The notes beneath the pieces are model-generated. The model searched no databases. It saw nothing but the letters and a program-made list of their open reading frames with translations, and was not told the origin of the DNA. The position numbers and the translations under genes were made by a program. Positions 1 through 10,027 of a stretch of DNA of 64,000 bases are shown here, in pieces; the stretch's first letter is position 1, and every line of letters begins with the position of its first letter. Location: assembly GCA_044344255.1 (NCBI GenBank), contig JBIJDH010000006.1, positions 32,001 to 96,000 on the forward strand, written 5' to 3'. Source of the DNA: Myxococcota bacterium. Lineage in GTDB: Bacteria > Myxococcota_A > UBA796 > UBA2385.

Positions 1-944
1 GCGATGCGCTGGTTGAGCTTCACGTTGGCGAAGACCCCACCGGCGACGGCCACGTCGGCGCAGCCCGTCTTTTGCACCCAGAAACGAACGAAGGCGAGGA
101 CGGCCTCCTCGAGGACGGCTTGGGCGGCGGAGGCGACCTCCTCGCGCGACCAGCGCTCCAGCTCGGCCCAGTAGGGGTCGTCCTTCCGCTCGGTGTGCAG
201 CACGGCGCCGCGTAAGAAGCGCCCCTCCGAGAAGCGGACCCGGGTCTTCAGGTGATCGACGAGGCGGGGAGGCGGCGGCACGAAGGCGGCGAGGCCGGTG
301 ACCTTGCCCTCGTGGCGGTTGGGCGTGAAGCCGAGCCGCTCGGTGACCCGGCTGTAGAAGTTGTTGACGCTGGCGAGCCCGGATTGACGGGCGATGTGGT
401 CGAGCTGGCCGTTGGTGCCGAGGGAGACGGTGGCGGTGGTGCCGTCGCCCATCGCGTCCACGGTGAGCACGAGGCAGCGCTCGCGGGGCTGGCTGCGGTA
501 GGCGCCGTGGGCGTGGCTGCGGTGGTGGTCGAGGAGCTGGAGGGCGGCGGCGCCGAAGGGGCGGTCCTTGAGGCGGTGGCGCAGGATCGCCTTGCAGGCG
601 TCGACCTCGACCGTGTGGAGCCCCGTGCCCTTGAGCAGGCTCTGGTAGACCACATAGGCGTGGAGGAGCGGGGAGAACTGCCCCCCGGCGCGGGCGTCTT
701 GATGGAGGGTGGGCAGGGCGCGCAGCGCCAACGAGGGCGTGAAGGCGGTGCCGAAGGCGATACGATCGACCTCCCGCTCGCTGACGCCCGCGGTCGCGAG
801 CGCGGCGTCGATGGCGCCCCAAGGGAAGGCCCCCGAGCTCTTGACCCGGTCGACCCGCTCCTGGTTGACCGCGGAGACGAGGACACCGTCGATGGTGACC
901 GCCGCGCCGCTGTCGTGGTTGTCGGCGACGCCGAGGACGATCAT
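1..944 (-). CDS. Carbamoyltransferase (NodU/CmcH family), N-terminal part; runs off window edge
   Basis: Not in the ORF track. Hand translation from ATG at 944 gives MIVLGVADNHDSGAAVTIDG...AVNQERVDRVK, and later HHHRSHAHGAY and TVDAMGDG, all family motifs. ATGA overlap with upstream gene. Confidence 0.9.
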   Translation of the reverse strand, partial: MIVLGVADNHDSGAAVTIDGVLVSAVNQERVDRVKSSGAFPWGAIDAALATAGVSEREVDRIAFGTAFTPSLALRALPTLHQDARAGGQFSPLLHAYVVYQSLLKGTGLHTVEVDACKAILRHRLKDRPFGAAALQLLDHHRSHAHGAYRSQPRERCLVLTVDAMGDGTTATVSLGTNGQLDHIARQSGLASVNNFYSRVTERLGFTPNRHEGKVTGLAAFVPPPPRLVDHLKTRVRFSEGRFLRGAVLHTERKDDPYWAELERWSREEVASAAQAVLEEAVLAFVRFWVQKTGCADVAVAGGVFANVKLNQRI

Positions 945-1516
945 GGGGAGGCCGGCACGGGGGCCGCGGCGGGGGCAGCAGCGGGGACCGCGGCGGGGTC
1001 AGCGGGGGGCGCCTTCGGGTCGGGGGCGCAGACCGACTCCACCTTGAAGTAGGTGCTGGCCGGGGCGCCCTTGCCGTCCCAGGTGGCCTGGACCGTGCAG
1101 AGCCGCCGCCCGTCGCCGAAGCGGAAGGTGGTGCCGCCCTCGCTGTCCACCGCCGCCGCCTTGTCTTCGGTCCAGCTCGCGAAGGGGGCGCGCAGGTGGC
1201 CGACGACGTCGGTGCCGAGCTCGCTGCGGGGCCCGTCGATGGCGTAGCCGCAGCTGTCCTTGCCCGAGGGCTGGTACTCGCGGATGAGGGCCCCGGGGAA
1301 GACGCTCTCGAGCCCCTGCTTGGCGAGATCACAGCCGACCATGTCGCGGACGACGGGCTTTGGCGGGTTGTTCTTGGCGTCCATGGCCTTTTGGATCTTT
1401 ACCAGCTCCTCCGCGGACGGCATGAACATCTCGGGCGTGGTGCAGCCGAGACCGAGCAGGAGGGGGAGGAGCGGCGCGGAGCGGCGGAGGACGGCGGGCC
1501 GGGGCGGGATGAGCAT
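941..1516 (-). CDS. Hypothetical lipoprotein
   Basis: Start reassigned to ATG 1516 (GAGGGAG upstream). Signal peptide with lipobox LGLGC; Ala/Pro-rich C-terminus. Confidence 0.7.
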   Translation of the reverse strand: MLIPPRPAVLRRSAPLLPLLLGLGCTTPEMFMPSAEELVKIQKAMDAKNNPPKPVVRDMVGCDLAKQGLESVFPGALIREYQPSGKDSCGYAIDGPRSELGTDVVGHLRAPFASWTEDKAAAVDSEGGTTFRFGDGRRLCTVQATWDGKGAPASTYFKVESVCAPDPKAPPADPAAVPAAAPAAAPVPASP

Positions 1517-1593
1517 CAGGGCTCCCTCTGGGGCGACGAGCGGTGGTGCGCGTGGGGAGGATCCCAGAGCCACGGTCGCAGGCGTCGGTTCCC

Positions 1594-3063
1594 CTAATTC
1601 TTTCCAGCCGGCCGGCCGAGGCGGCGCCGCAGTCCGGCGCGGACCCGACCGAGCACCGCCTCGTCCTCGGGGCTGCGGGCGGCGGTGAAGGCCACGATCA
1701 GGAAGACCAGGATCACGACGGCCGTGCCGCCGATGCGCAGCAAGGGGTGCTCTGGCCCGACGCCCCAGCGTACGAGGGCCCACCCGGTGGCCGCCAGCGC
1801 GAGCAGGCCGCCCGCCCGTCGATCGAAGGGGAAACAGCCCAGCAGCCACCACACCTCGACCACGCGCCAGCTCGACCAGAGGGTGAGGCTGGTGGCGGTG
1901 GCGAGGCTGGCGCCCCACGCCCCCCAGCGGGGGATGAAGAACCAGCACAGCAGCGCGCTCAGCGCGAGCGCGGCGAGGGCGTTGCCGAGGTTGAGCAGGG
2001 ACCGACCGGACATCGGGATGAGGCGCATCGCCGGCGCGCAGATCGTGTTCACGATCTGGCCAGCGGTGAGCAGCACTAGCGAGCTCGCGCTCACGGCGTA
2101 CGCCTCGTCGTAGATGCTGAGCACGACGTCGGGGACCAGCAGCAGCACGAGGTAGACGGGCACCGAGGCGACGATCAGCCAGCGGGTGGCGGTCTGGAGC
2201 AGCGCGTTCAAGCGCGCGGTCTCACCGGCGTAGACGAGCTCGGCGATGAAGGGGTTGAGCATCCCGGCGATGGCGTTGGCGGGCACCGCTCCGAAGGAGG
2301 CAAGGGAGGCGGCGACGCCGTAGAGGCCCACCTGCTCCATCGAAGCCAGCGCGGTGAGCATCAGCACGTCGAGCTGCATCGTGCCCTGGAAGGCGGCGGC
2401 GGTGAGGCTCTGCGGGATGGAGAAGCGAAGGATCTCGGCGGTCTCGCGCCGAGCGACGATCGCAGGGTCGCGGAGGATCGATCCGTAGGCTTGCCAGGCG
2501 AAGCGGAGGCACTGCGCCATCGCCAGCGCCGTGGCGACGCTGGCGCCGAGGATCGCGCCCTGTACGCCGAGATCGAGCAACCCCACGAGGAGGAAGGTGG
2601 CCGCCAGCATCAGCAGGGGCAGCGTCACCTGGAAGGCCAGGGTCGAGCGGCGCATGTCCTTGAGCGCCTTGAGCGTGCCCACCCCGTAGAGCAGGATCGT
2701 CCAGGGCAGGATCATCGGCGCCGACAAGCGGAAGGCGTCGTCCATCTCGGCGTCGGCGGCCCACCAGGGCCCGAAGCGGGCGGCGCTCCAGAGCGCGCCG
2801 GCCGAGACGGCGCCGAGCACGACGCTGACGACGAGGCCCACCTGTAGCGCGCCCTTGAGGCGGTCGAGCTCGCCCGAGCGCTTGTATCGGGCCGCGAAGT
2901 AGATGATCCCCGTGTCGGTGCCGAGGGGGGAGAAGGAGGTGATGAGCTGGCCCCACCCCATCGCCGCCGAGTAGACGCCGAGGCCCACCGGGCCGAGGGC
3001 CCCCGACAGGTACCACTTGATCGCCCAGCGGACCCCGCGGTCGAAGAGCCCGCCGAGCATCAT
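1594..3063 (-). CDS. Wzx-like polysaccharide flippase (MOP superfamily); may start at CTG 3162
   Basis: Many TM segments; flippase-like motifs LGPVGLGVYS, EILRFSIP, LDVLML...VGLYGVA, FIPRWGAWGASLAT; next to wecB. Confidence 0.85.
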   Translation of the reverse strand: MMLGGLFDRGVRWAIKWYLSGALGPVGLGVYSAAMGWGQLITSFSPLGTDTGIIYFAARYKRSGELDRLKGALQVGLVVSVVLGAVSAGALWSAARFGPWWAADAEMDDAFRLSAPMILPWTILLYGVGTLKALKDMRRSTLAFQVTLPLLMLAATFLLVGLLDLGVQGAILGASVATALAMAQCLRFAWQAYGSILRDPAIVARRETAEILRFSIPQSLTAAAFQGTMQLDVLMLTALASMEQVGLYGVAASLASFGAVPANAIAGMLNPFIAELVYAGETARLNALLQTATRWLIVASVPVYLVLLLVPDVVLSIYDEAYAVSASSLVLLTAGQIVNTICAPAMRLIPMSGRSLLNLGNALAALALSALLCWFFIPRWGAWGASLATATSLTLWSSWRVVEVWWLLGCFPFDRRAGGLLALAATGWALVRWGVGPEHPLLRIGGTAVVILVFLIVAFTAARSPEDEAVLGRVRAGLRRRLGRPAGKN

Positions 3064-3158
3064 CAGGCCCGATCCGCCCGCGACCTTCGTGGCGTCGTCG
3101 TTGCGGATCGCGGCTTCGACGCCGGGGGGGGCCGTCGGGGCCGGTGGCGGCGCCTCGC

Positions 3159-4304
3159 TCAGCCGAGCGCCTGGACGAGGAGGTCGGTGATGCGCTCGCT
3201 GGCGCGGCCGTCCCCGTAGGGGTTGTGGGCGCGCCGCATGGCCGAGGCGGCCTCGGGATCGAGCAGCAGCCGCTCGGACTCGGCGACGATGCGCTCGGTG
3301 TCCGTGCCGACGAGGCGGACGGTGCCCGACTCGACGCCCTCGGGCCGCTCCGTCACCTCGCGCATGACGAGGACGGGCTTACCGAGGCTGGGCGCCTCCT
3401 CCTGGATGCCGCCGGAGTCGGTGAGGATGAAGGTGGAGCGGTCCATCAGGCGGACGAAGGGCTCGTACTCCATCGGCGGCAGCAGGTGGACGTTCGGCAG
3501 GTCGGAGAGGGTCTCCCGCACCGGCCCCTGGACGTTGGGGTTGAGGTGGACGGGGTAGACGAGCTGCACGTCGGGGTGCCGCAGGGCGAGGGTGCGGAGG
3601 GCGCGGCAGATGTTGCGGAAGCCGTCGCCGAAGCTCTCGCGCCGGTGACCGGTGATGAGGATCAGCGGCACCGAGGGATCGAGGGTGGAGGCCCAGGCGC
3701 TGCCGAAGGCGGCCTCGAAGCGCTCGGCCGGCGCGACTCGGACGCGATCCCGCATCCAGAGCAGGGCGTCGATCACCGTGTTGCCGGTGACGTGGACGCG
3801 GGAGGGCTCCTGCCCCTCCGCCCGGAGGATGGCCGCCGAGCGCTCGGTGGGGGCGAAGTGCCAGGTGCAGAGCTTGTCGGCGAGGACGCGGTTCGCCTCT
3901 TCGGGGAAGGGGGCGCGCAGGTCACCCGTCCGCAGCCCCGCCTCGACATGACCGACCGGCACGCCGCTGTAGAAGGCGGCGAGGGTGGCGGCGAGGGTGG
4001 TCGTGGTGTCGCCGTGTACGAGCACCACGTCGGGGCGGGAGGCCTCGAGCACCGGCCGCATGCCGGTGAGCACGCGGGCGGTGAGGGCGTGGAGGTCCTG
4101 GCCCGGGCGCATGAGGTCGAGGTCGTAGTCGGGGACCAGCTCGAAGAGGCTCAGCACCTGGTCGAGCATGTCGCGGTGCTGCGCCGTGACGCAGACCCGC
4201 CCCTCTACCCTCGGGTGCGCGGCGAGCGCCCGCACCACGGGGGCCATCTTGATGGCCTCGGGCCGGGTCCCGAAGACGGTGAGGACCCGGATCGGACGGT
4301 CCAT
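3159..4304 (-). CDS. wecB: UDP-N-acetylglucosamine 2-epimerase (non-hydrolysing)
   Basis: [52 protein letters not shown] motifs. Confidence 0.97.
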   Translation of the reverse strand: MDRPIRVLTVFGTRPEAIKMAPVVRALAAHPRVEGRVCVTAQHRDMLDQVLSLFELVPDYDLDLMRPGQDLHALTARVLTGMRPVLEASRPDVVLVHGDTTTTLAATLAAFYSGVPVGHVEAGLRTGDLRAPFPEEANRVLADKLCTWHFAPTERSAAILRAEGQEPSRVHVTGNTVIDALLWMRDRVRVAPAERFEAAFGSAWASTLDPSVPLILITGHRRESFGDGFRNICRALRTLALRHPDVQLVYPVHLNPNVQGPVRETLSDLPNVHLLPPMEYEPFVRLMDRSTFILTDSGGIQEEAPSLGKPVLVMREVTERPEGVESGTVRLVGTDTERIVAESERLLLDPEAASAMRRAHNPYGDGRASERITDLLVQALG

Positions 4305-4344
4305 GTCGGACGCTCCATAGCGGGAGGGCGGAGGCCGCTCAGGC

Positions 4345-4398
4345 CCGACGCCGAGCGGTGAGGGGCCGACGCCGAGCGGTCAGAGGCCGACGCCGAGC
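4345..4398. repeat. 21-bp-period tandem repeat (CCGACGCCGAGC core x3) overlapping the stop of the FG-GAP gene
   Basis: Core at 4345, 4366 and 4387. Confidence 0.8.
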
Positions 4399-6803
4399 AA
4401 GATGTAGGCAGAGCCGGAGTCAGTGGCCGACTGGTCGGCGTTGACGGCGGTGGTGCCGATGTCGTTCGTGCCGTTGCCGTCGAGGTCGCCGAGGAAGTTG
4501 ACCTCGGTGCCGGCGGCGTCGGTGGCCGCGGCCCCGAAGAAGGTCGCGTCGGCCTCGGGCGTGATCTCGTAGGCCCCGGCGGTGAAGGGGCCGTAGATGA
4601 GGTAGGTCAGGCCCTGCTCGTCGCTCCCCGCTCCCGGCGCACCGACCACGAGGTCGGGCTGTCCGTCGCCGTCCACGTCGCCGTCGCCGGCGAGGGAGGC
4701 GCCGATGCCGTCGCTCTCGGTGCTGCCGTAGAGCTGCACGTCGTAAGCGAGGTCGATCGCGACCCCGTCGGTGTCGGTGTCAACGGTGGCGCTGCCGCGG
4801 ATGAGGTAGATCGAGCCCGAGCCGGTGCCGCCCGTCGTGTTGTCGCCAGGGGCCGAGACCCAGAAGTCGATGTAGCCGTCCCCGTCGTCGTCGCCGGCGC
4901 TGGAGATGGCGGTGCCGCAGTAGTCTTTGGCGGTGCCGCCGTAGATCGTGGAGGCGAGCTGGCTCGCGTCCCCGCTGGCGGTGTAGCTGGTCCCGCCGAG
5001 GCCGAGGTAGACGACGCCGGCCTCGGAGCCAGCGGCGCTGGCCACCTTGGCGCCGAGCGCGAAGTCGTCGGCGCCGTCGCCGTTGATGTCGCCGAGCCCG
5101 CGGATGGTCGAGCCGAGCTTGTCGTTCGTCGCCTCGCCGAGGAGCACGACGTCGGCGGTGGAGGCGAGCGCCGAGCCATAACCCTGCAGGTCCGCTCCGC
5201 CGTAGAAGATATAGACCGCCCCAGACGCGCTCGAGAAGGAGTTGACCTCGGCGAAGGTGGCGCCCACGGCGAGGTCGTCGACCCCGTCCCCGTTGATGTC
5301 ACCCAAGCCTGCGAGGCCGCCGCCCAGGTAGTCAAAGGCCTTGCCGCCGTAGAACTGGCGGGTGGTGGTGTCGTCGAGGGTGACGTCGCCCGCGGTCGGG
5401 GTGGTGGCGCCGCTCACGATATAGAGCGTCCCGGCCTTCGACTTGGAGGTGGGAGAGTAGGTGGACGCGGTCACGCCGAAGTCATTGACGCCGTCGTCAT
5501 CGACGTCGCCGAGCGAGGCGATGGCGGTGCCGGCGAGGTCGGAGGTGGACTCGCCGCGGTAGATCACGTCGGCGTCGGCGGCGCTGAAGGTGCCGAGGAT
5601 GTCGGTCACCGGGCCGTAGATGAGGTAGGAGGCGCCCTCGCGCCCGCCATCGCCGTCGGGGTCAGCCGAGTTGGCCGAGACGAGGAGGTCGATGGCGCCG
5701 TCCCCGTTGAGGTCTCCCAGGCCGGTGAAGGCGTGACCGAGACCGTCGGTGGTGGAGGCCCCGGTGATCACGGAGTCGGCGGAGGTGAGCGTGAGATCGC
5801 AGATGGGGGACGGGTCGCAGTCGTTGTCGATCTCGTCGTTGCAGAGCTCGTTGGCGTCGGGGTTCACGGCCCCCGAGGTGTCGTCGCAGTCCCCGCCCGC
5901 CTCGACGTAGCCATCGAGGTTCACACAGGCGATGGCGAGCGTGGCGTCGTCGCCGAAGGTGTCACCGTCCGTGTCGAGGTAGTACTCGCCTGCGTCCTGG
6001 ACGCTGTCGTCGGTGGCGTCGGTGTAGCCGTCGCAGTCGTTGTCGATGCCGTCGCAGATCTCGGACGTGCCGGTGCTGTCGGGCTTGGCGGCCGAGGTGA
6101 AGTCGTTGCAGTCCTCGTCGTTGTCGACGAACAAGGAGCTCGGACGGGAGCACTCGACGAGCGTGTAGGCGTCCGAGCCGTAGCCGTCGAGATCGTAGTC
6201 GATGTACCAGGTCGTGCCGTCGATCGGGTTGTCATCCGCCTCGAGGTCACAGTCGTTGTCGACGCCGTCACAGACCTCGGCGGAGCCGGGCTTGCGGGTC
6301 TCGTCGGAGTCATCGCAGTCTTCGCAGGCCGGGACGCCGTCGGCGTCGGCGTCGGCGTAGCCGGTGGAGCCGTCGCAGTTGTAGTCGCGGTCGTCGGTGC
6401 AGTCCGTCTCGAGCGCCCCGGGGTGGAAGACGTCGGAGTTGTCGTCGCAGTCACCGGCGACGTCGGCGTAGCCGTCGGGCAGCTCGCAGGCGGTGGCGGA
6501 GAGGTCTGCGTCGCCGTAGCCGTCGCCGTCGGCGTCCAGCCAATACGTGCCCTGCACGCCCTCGTCGATCGAGTCGTTGCAGTCGTTGTCCTTGCCGTCG
6601 CAGGTCTCGGCGGCGCCGGGGTGGGCCTCCGGATCATCGTCGTTGCAATCATCGCCCTTGCGGAATCCGTCATTATCGTCGTCTTTGCTGCAGCCGACGG
6701 CGGACACCAAGGTGAACGCGAAGAGACAACGGAGCAGCAGTCGGACCGCGGGAGAACGGGTCACGCCGGCCGGGGTGTGGGCCGAGAAGGGGATGGTCTG
6801 CAT
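4380..6803 (-). CDS. Surface lipoprotein with MopE-like metal-binding repeats and FG-GAP (integrin-alpha) propeller repeats
   Basis: Lipobox AVGC; repeated E-x-CDG-x-DNDC motifs; repeated GD(L/I)NGDG..DL.VGA repeats. Confidence 0.88.
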   Translation of the reverse strand: MQTIPFSAHTPAGVTRSPAVRLLLRCLFAFTLVSAVGCSKDDDNDGFRKGDDCNDDDPEAHPGAAETCDGKDNDCNDSIDEGVQGTYWLDADGDGYGDADLSATACELPDGYADVAGDCDDNSDVFHPGALETDCTDDRDYNCDGSTGYADADADGVPACEDCDDSDETRKPGSAEVCDGVDNDCDLEADDNPIDGTTWYIDYDLDGYGSDAYTLVECSRPSSLFVDNDEDCNDFTSAAKPDSTGTSEICDGIDNDCDGYTDATDDSVQDAGEYYLDTDGDTFGDDATLAIACVNLDGYVEAGGDCDDTSGAVNPDANELCNDEIDNDCDPSPICDLTLTSADSVITGASTTDGLGHAFTGLGDLNGDGAIDLLVSANSADPDGDGGREGASYLIYGPVTDILGTFSAADADVIYRGESTSDLAGTAIASLGDVDDDGVNDFGVTASTYSPTSKSKAGTLYIVSGATTPTAGDVTLDDTTTRQFYGGKAFDYLGGGLAGLGDINGDGVDDLAVGATFAEVNSFSSASGAVYIFYGGADLQGYGSALASTADVVLLGEATNDKLGSTIRGLGDINGDGADDFALGAKVASAAGSEAGVVYLGLGGTSYTASGDASQLASTIYGGTAKDYCGTAISSAGDDDGDGYIDFWVSAPGDNTTGGTGSGSIYLIRGSATVDTDTDGVAIDLAYDVQLYGSTESDGIGASLAGDGDVDGDGQPDLVVGAPGAGSDEQGLTYLIYGPFTAGAYEITPEADATFFGAAATDAAGTEVNFLGDLDGNGTNDIGTTAVNADQSATDSGSAYILLGVGL

Positions 6804-6849
6804 GGACGCTCCTGTGTGCCCCTACCTTAGCCCCGGCCGCGCGAGCCCG

Positions 6850-8361
6850 TCAACGAAGGGCGGGGGCCGCGCGCCGCAGGCTGACCAGCGCAAAGATCAC
6901 CGCGCCAACCAGGAAAAGGCCGCGGGAAGGGTCGAGAGTGGGCGGGCCGCAGGTACATTCGGTTACATTCGCGAACCAAGGAGACAGCCAAAGGCGATCC
7001 TCCTCACCGTCCGAGCGAAAGAAGCGGGCGCGGAGGTAGAGGGTGTCGCCCGGCGCGGGGTCCCACTCGGCGGTTAGGCTGGCCTCCTCGCTCCAAGCGA
7101 GCAGCGCGCCGCCGGGGCCGATGAGCTCGAGGCGGAGATCGAGCTCCTCCTCGCTCAGGGCGGACAGCTCCACCTCGACCCGCAGCGTACCCTCCGAGGG
7201 TACGGCTTCGCCGAAGCTCCAGGCCTGGCCGGCGTCGTCGAAGACCGCGGCGCGGAGCTCGGGGCGGGGCCCGGAGGTGGCGAGGGTCCGGCGGGCGGAG
7301 AGGTTGTCGAAGAGGTGGGCGGCGTCGAGCGGCTCGCCCGCGGCGAGCAGGACCCCCGTGAGGCCGCCGCCGGTGAGCTGGCGTCGCGGGCTGTCGGGGA
7401 CACCGTCCAGATCGACGTCTTCCCACTGTGCGACCGCGCTCGGCCCGTCCTCCAGGCTGCCCGGCCGACCGTCGTGGCTGTCTGTCCCGCCGACGAAGCC
7501 GACCGTCAGGCCGCGGTCGAGGGCGGTCTGCGCGGCGCCGTCCGGGTAGTAGTGGTCGGGCTCGGTGGCCCAGTCGCAGCCCTCGGCGCCGAGGTCGGCG
7601 CACTCCGAGCTGCCATGCTCGGAGAAGATCTCGATGAGGCGGTCGTCGCCGAGCCGGTTCTCGTCGAGGAGCCAATCGGTGGGCTCGGGGGGATCCCAGG
7701 CCGAGTGGTGCACGAAGCTGAGCGCCTCCACCTCGGGGCAGCGGCCGGCGGCGTCTTCGAGCGCTTGGGCCAACTGCGCGGCGCGGTTGGAGATCGAGGC
7801 GTCGGCGCGCTGGCTGAAGTCGGGCGCACCCTCCGGGCGGTTCTCCGAGGGGGCGCGGAGGGCGCTGCCGGGGACCCGCCAGGCCGCGCAGGCGGAGGGA
7901 TCGCTCAGCAGCACCGTGCGGTGGGAGCCCCGGCTGTGCCCCTCGCGCACGGCGCTGTCGTAGGCGGTCCACTCGTAGCCGAGGATCGGCAGCACCGGGC
8001 CGCCCCGCGCGGCGGACACCACGGCGGCTTGCCCGTCCCAGATGTCGAGCGCGGGGCCGCCCTCTCCGTCGAGGGAGAGCGAGTCGGCCTCGGCGTGGTC
8101 GGTGAGCGCCGCGAAGTCGAGGCCGGCGTCCTCCGCCTGCTCGAAGAAGTCGGCGGCCGGTGTCTCGCCCCGGGGTGTGCAATTGGCGTCCGGCTGCTCG
8201 CAGCCGTCGTAGGACCAGCCGCTGTGCGCGTGGAGGTCGCCCCAGACCCACGTGGAGCCCTCCTCGACGCTCGCGAGCTCGTCGCTGGGCGTCCGGCAGG
8301 CCGTCGCGGCGCACGCCACCCCGAGGAGGAGCAGCGTCAAGCGGGTGATTCGCGGGCCCAT
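6850..8361 (-). CDS. DUF3604/CehA-McbA-like PHP-fold metallohydrolase, exported
   Basis: GDLHAHS, LTDHAE, GYEWT, EIFSEHGSSE, GGTDSHDGRPG motifs; signal peptide with lipobox-like Cys; C-terminal CTCG-TM-RR tail. Confidence 0.8.
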   Translation of the reverse strand: MGPRITRLTLLLLGVACAATACRTPSDELASVEEGSTWVWGDLHAHSGWSYDGCEQPDANCTPRGETPAADFFEQAEDAGLDFAALTDHAEADSLSLDGEGGPALDIWDGQAAVVSAARGGPVLPILGYEWTAYDSAVREGHSRGSHRTVLLSDPSACAAWRVPGSALRAPSENRPEGAPDFSQRADASISNRAAQLAQALEDAAGRCPEVEALSFVHHSAWDPPEPTDWLLDENRLGDDRLIEIFSEHGSSECADLGAEGCDWATEPDHYYPDGAAQTALDRGLTVGFVGGTDSHDGRPGSLEDGPSAVAQWEDVDLDGVPDSPRRQLTGGGLTGVLLAAGEPLDAAHLFDNLSARRTLATSGPRPELRAAVFDDAGQAWSFGEAVPSEGTLRVEVELSALSEEELDLRLELIGPGGALLAWSEEASLTAEWDPAPGDTLYLRARFFRSDGEEDRLWLSPWFANVTECTCGPPTLDPSRGLFLVGAVIFALVSLRRAAPALR

Positions 8362-8389
8362 TCGAAGGGGCGACCTCCTGAAACGACGA

Positions 8390-8460
8390 GGCCCGCCTCG
8401 GCGCGAACCGGGCGGGCCAAGCGGTACCTCAGGGGCCCGCCGCGGGGGCGGACCTCTGAG
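8390..8460. terminator. Two GC-rich hairpins downstream of the small lipoprotein gene
   Basis: GGCCCGCC...GGCGGGCC (8390-8418) and CTCAGGGG...CCTCTGAG (8428-8460); no clear U-tract. Confidence 0.4.
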
Positions 8461-8469
8461 GCGCGGGCG

Positions 8470-8985
8470 TTAGATCGAGCCGCAGCCGAGCTCGGAGTAG
8501 TAGGAGCCGGCGCCGTTGCCCCAGGCCCAGCAATCACCGGTGCCGCCGAAGTCGGGGTCCGACTCGAGGTAGTAGGCGACCGAGCCGTCGTAGGACGAGC
8601 TGGTGAAGACGGTGGTGCCCGCCTGGAGGTCGGCGTAGTCGCCGCCGTAGGAGAGGGTGGTGTCGCCGCCGTCACCGGCGTCGTGGCAGTAGGAGAAGTT
8701 GGTGCCGTCACCGGTGGTGTAGCCGTAGAGGCAATCCTCACCGGTCCAGGGGTCGTCGGAGGCGCCGGTCTCGGCCATGCCGAACCAGTAGGCGCCGGGG
8801 CCGCCCGAGACGCTCAGGGTGACGGAGGAGCCGCCCCAAGAGACGGACGCGGAGGGATCGCCGCCGCCGCCGTCGGTGCCGTCACCGCCGCCGCCGCTGG
8901 TGTCACCGGTGTCGCCACCCTTGTCGCTGCAGCCGGTGGTGGCGAAGGCAATGAGGGCGAGGGCCCCGAAGAGCTTGAAGTTCAT
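8470..8985 (-). CDS. Hypothetical lipoprotein with Gly/Asp linker and 4 further Cys
   Basis: ATG 8985 preceded by GGAGG; MNFKLFGALALIAFATTGC lipobox. Confidence 0.8.
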   Translation of the reverse strand: MNFKLFGALALIAFATTGCSDKGGDTGDTSGGGGDGTDGGGGDPSASVSWGGSSVTLSVSGGPGAYWFGMAETGASDDPWTGEDCLYGYTTGDGTNFSYCHDAGDGGDTTLSYGGDYADLQAGTTVFTSSSYDGSVAYYLESDPDFGGTGDCWAWGNGAGSYYSELGCGSI

Positions 8986-9259
8986 GCTGTCCTCCATCTG
9001 AGGCCGGTCACCCGGCGTCTGGTGCCCACGGGGGCGTCGTTGTTGAGATCACTTGTGGCTACTATCACCCGGATTTGACAACACCGCCACAATTGAAAGT
9101 GGCCATGTCGGTCTTCCGTTGAAAGACTGAGCCGCCCGGTGAGCGGAACCGCATCCGCCACGCCGACGCAGCGGAGAGCGGTCTGTTTTTAGCGGAGCTT
9201 GAAGCGATCCGCAAGCGGGCTCCCTCGCGTGCCCCGCCGGGTCAGGGTAGACGGGCCGC

Positions 9260-10027
9260 ATGTGGACCCTCGGCCCCCTCTCGCTGCGCTCCCGCCTCCT
9301 CGTCGGAACCGGGAAGTACCCCGACTTCTCCACCATGCGCGACTGCCACCTGGCAGCCGAGACGGAGATGGTCACCGTCGCCTTACGGCGCGTCGATCTC
9401 TCGGCGCCGCGGGGGAGCAACATCCTCGACTTCATCGATCGCAGCCGCGTCCACATCCTGCCCAACACGGCGGGCTGCTACACGGCCGAGGACGCCATCA
9501 CCACGGCGCGTCTGGCGAGGGAGCTGCTCGAAACGCCGCTGATCAAGCTTGAGGTGATCGGCGATCCGGACACGCTCTTCCCCGACACCGAGGGCACGCT
9601 CGAGGCGGCGCGGGTCCTCGTGAAGGAGGGCTTCGTCGTGCTGCCCTACATCATCGATGATCCCGTCGCCTGCCGGCGCCTCGCAGACCTCGGCTGCGCC
9701 GCCGTGATGCCGCTGGCGGCGCCGATCGGCAGCGGGCTCGGGATCCGCAACCCGACCAACCTCCTCATCATCCGCGAGCAGGCCAAGGTGCCGGTGATCG
9801 TCGATGCGGGCGTGGGCACGGCGAGCGACGCCGCCTTGGCGATGGAGCTCGGTGTGGACGCGATCCTCCTCAACACGGCGATCGCAGGGGCGACCGATCC
9901 GGTCCGCATGGCGAGGGCGATGCGCCTCGGCGTCGAGGCTGGTCGCGAGGCCTTCCTCGCCGGTCGGATCCCGCGCCGGCTGTATGCCGCGGCGAGCTCC
10001 CCCCTCTCGGGGCTCCTCGGCTCGTGA
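9260..10027 (+). CDS. thiG: Thiazole synthase
   Basis: [52 protein letters not shown] motifs. Confidence 0.97.
   Translation: MWTLGPLSLRSRLLVGTGKYPDFSTMRDCHLAAETEMVTVALRRVDLSAPRGSNILDFIDRSRVHILPNTAGCYTAEDAITTARLARELLETPLIKLEVIGDPDTLFPDTEGTLEAARVLVKEGFVVLPYIIDDPVACRRLADLGCAAVMPLAAPIGSGLGIRNPTNLLIIREQAKVPVIVDAGVGTASDAALAMELGVDAILLNTAIAGATDPVRMARAMRLGVEAGREAFLAGRIPRRLYAAASSPLSGLLGS

Noticed and set aside
9000..9259. TPP riboswitch upstream of thiG
   Set aside because: No CTGAGA or CCTGAT...TAATGC-type core motifs visible.
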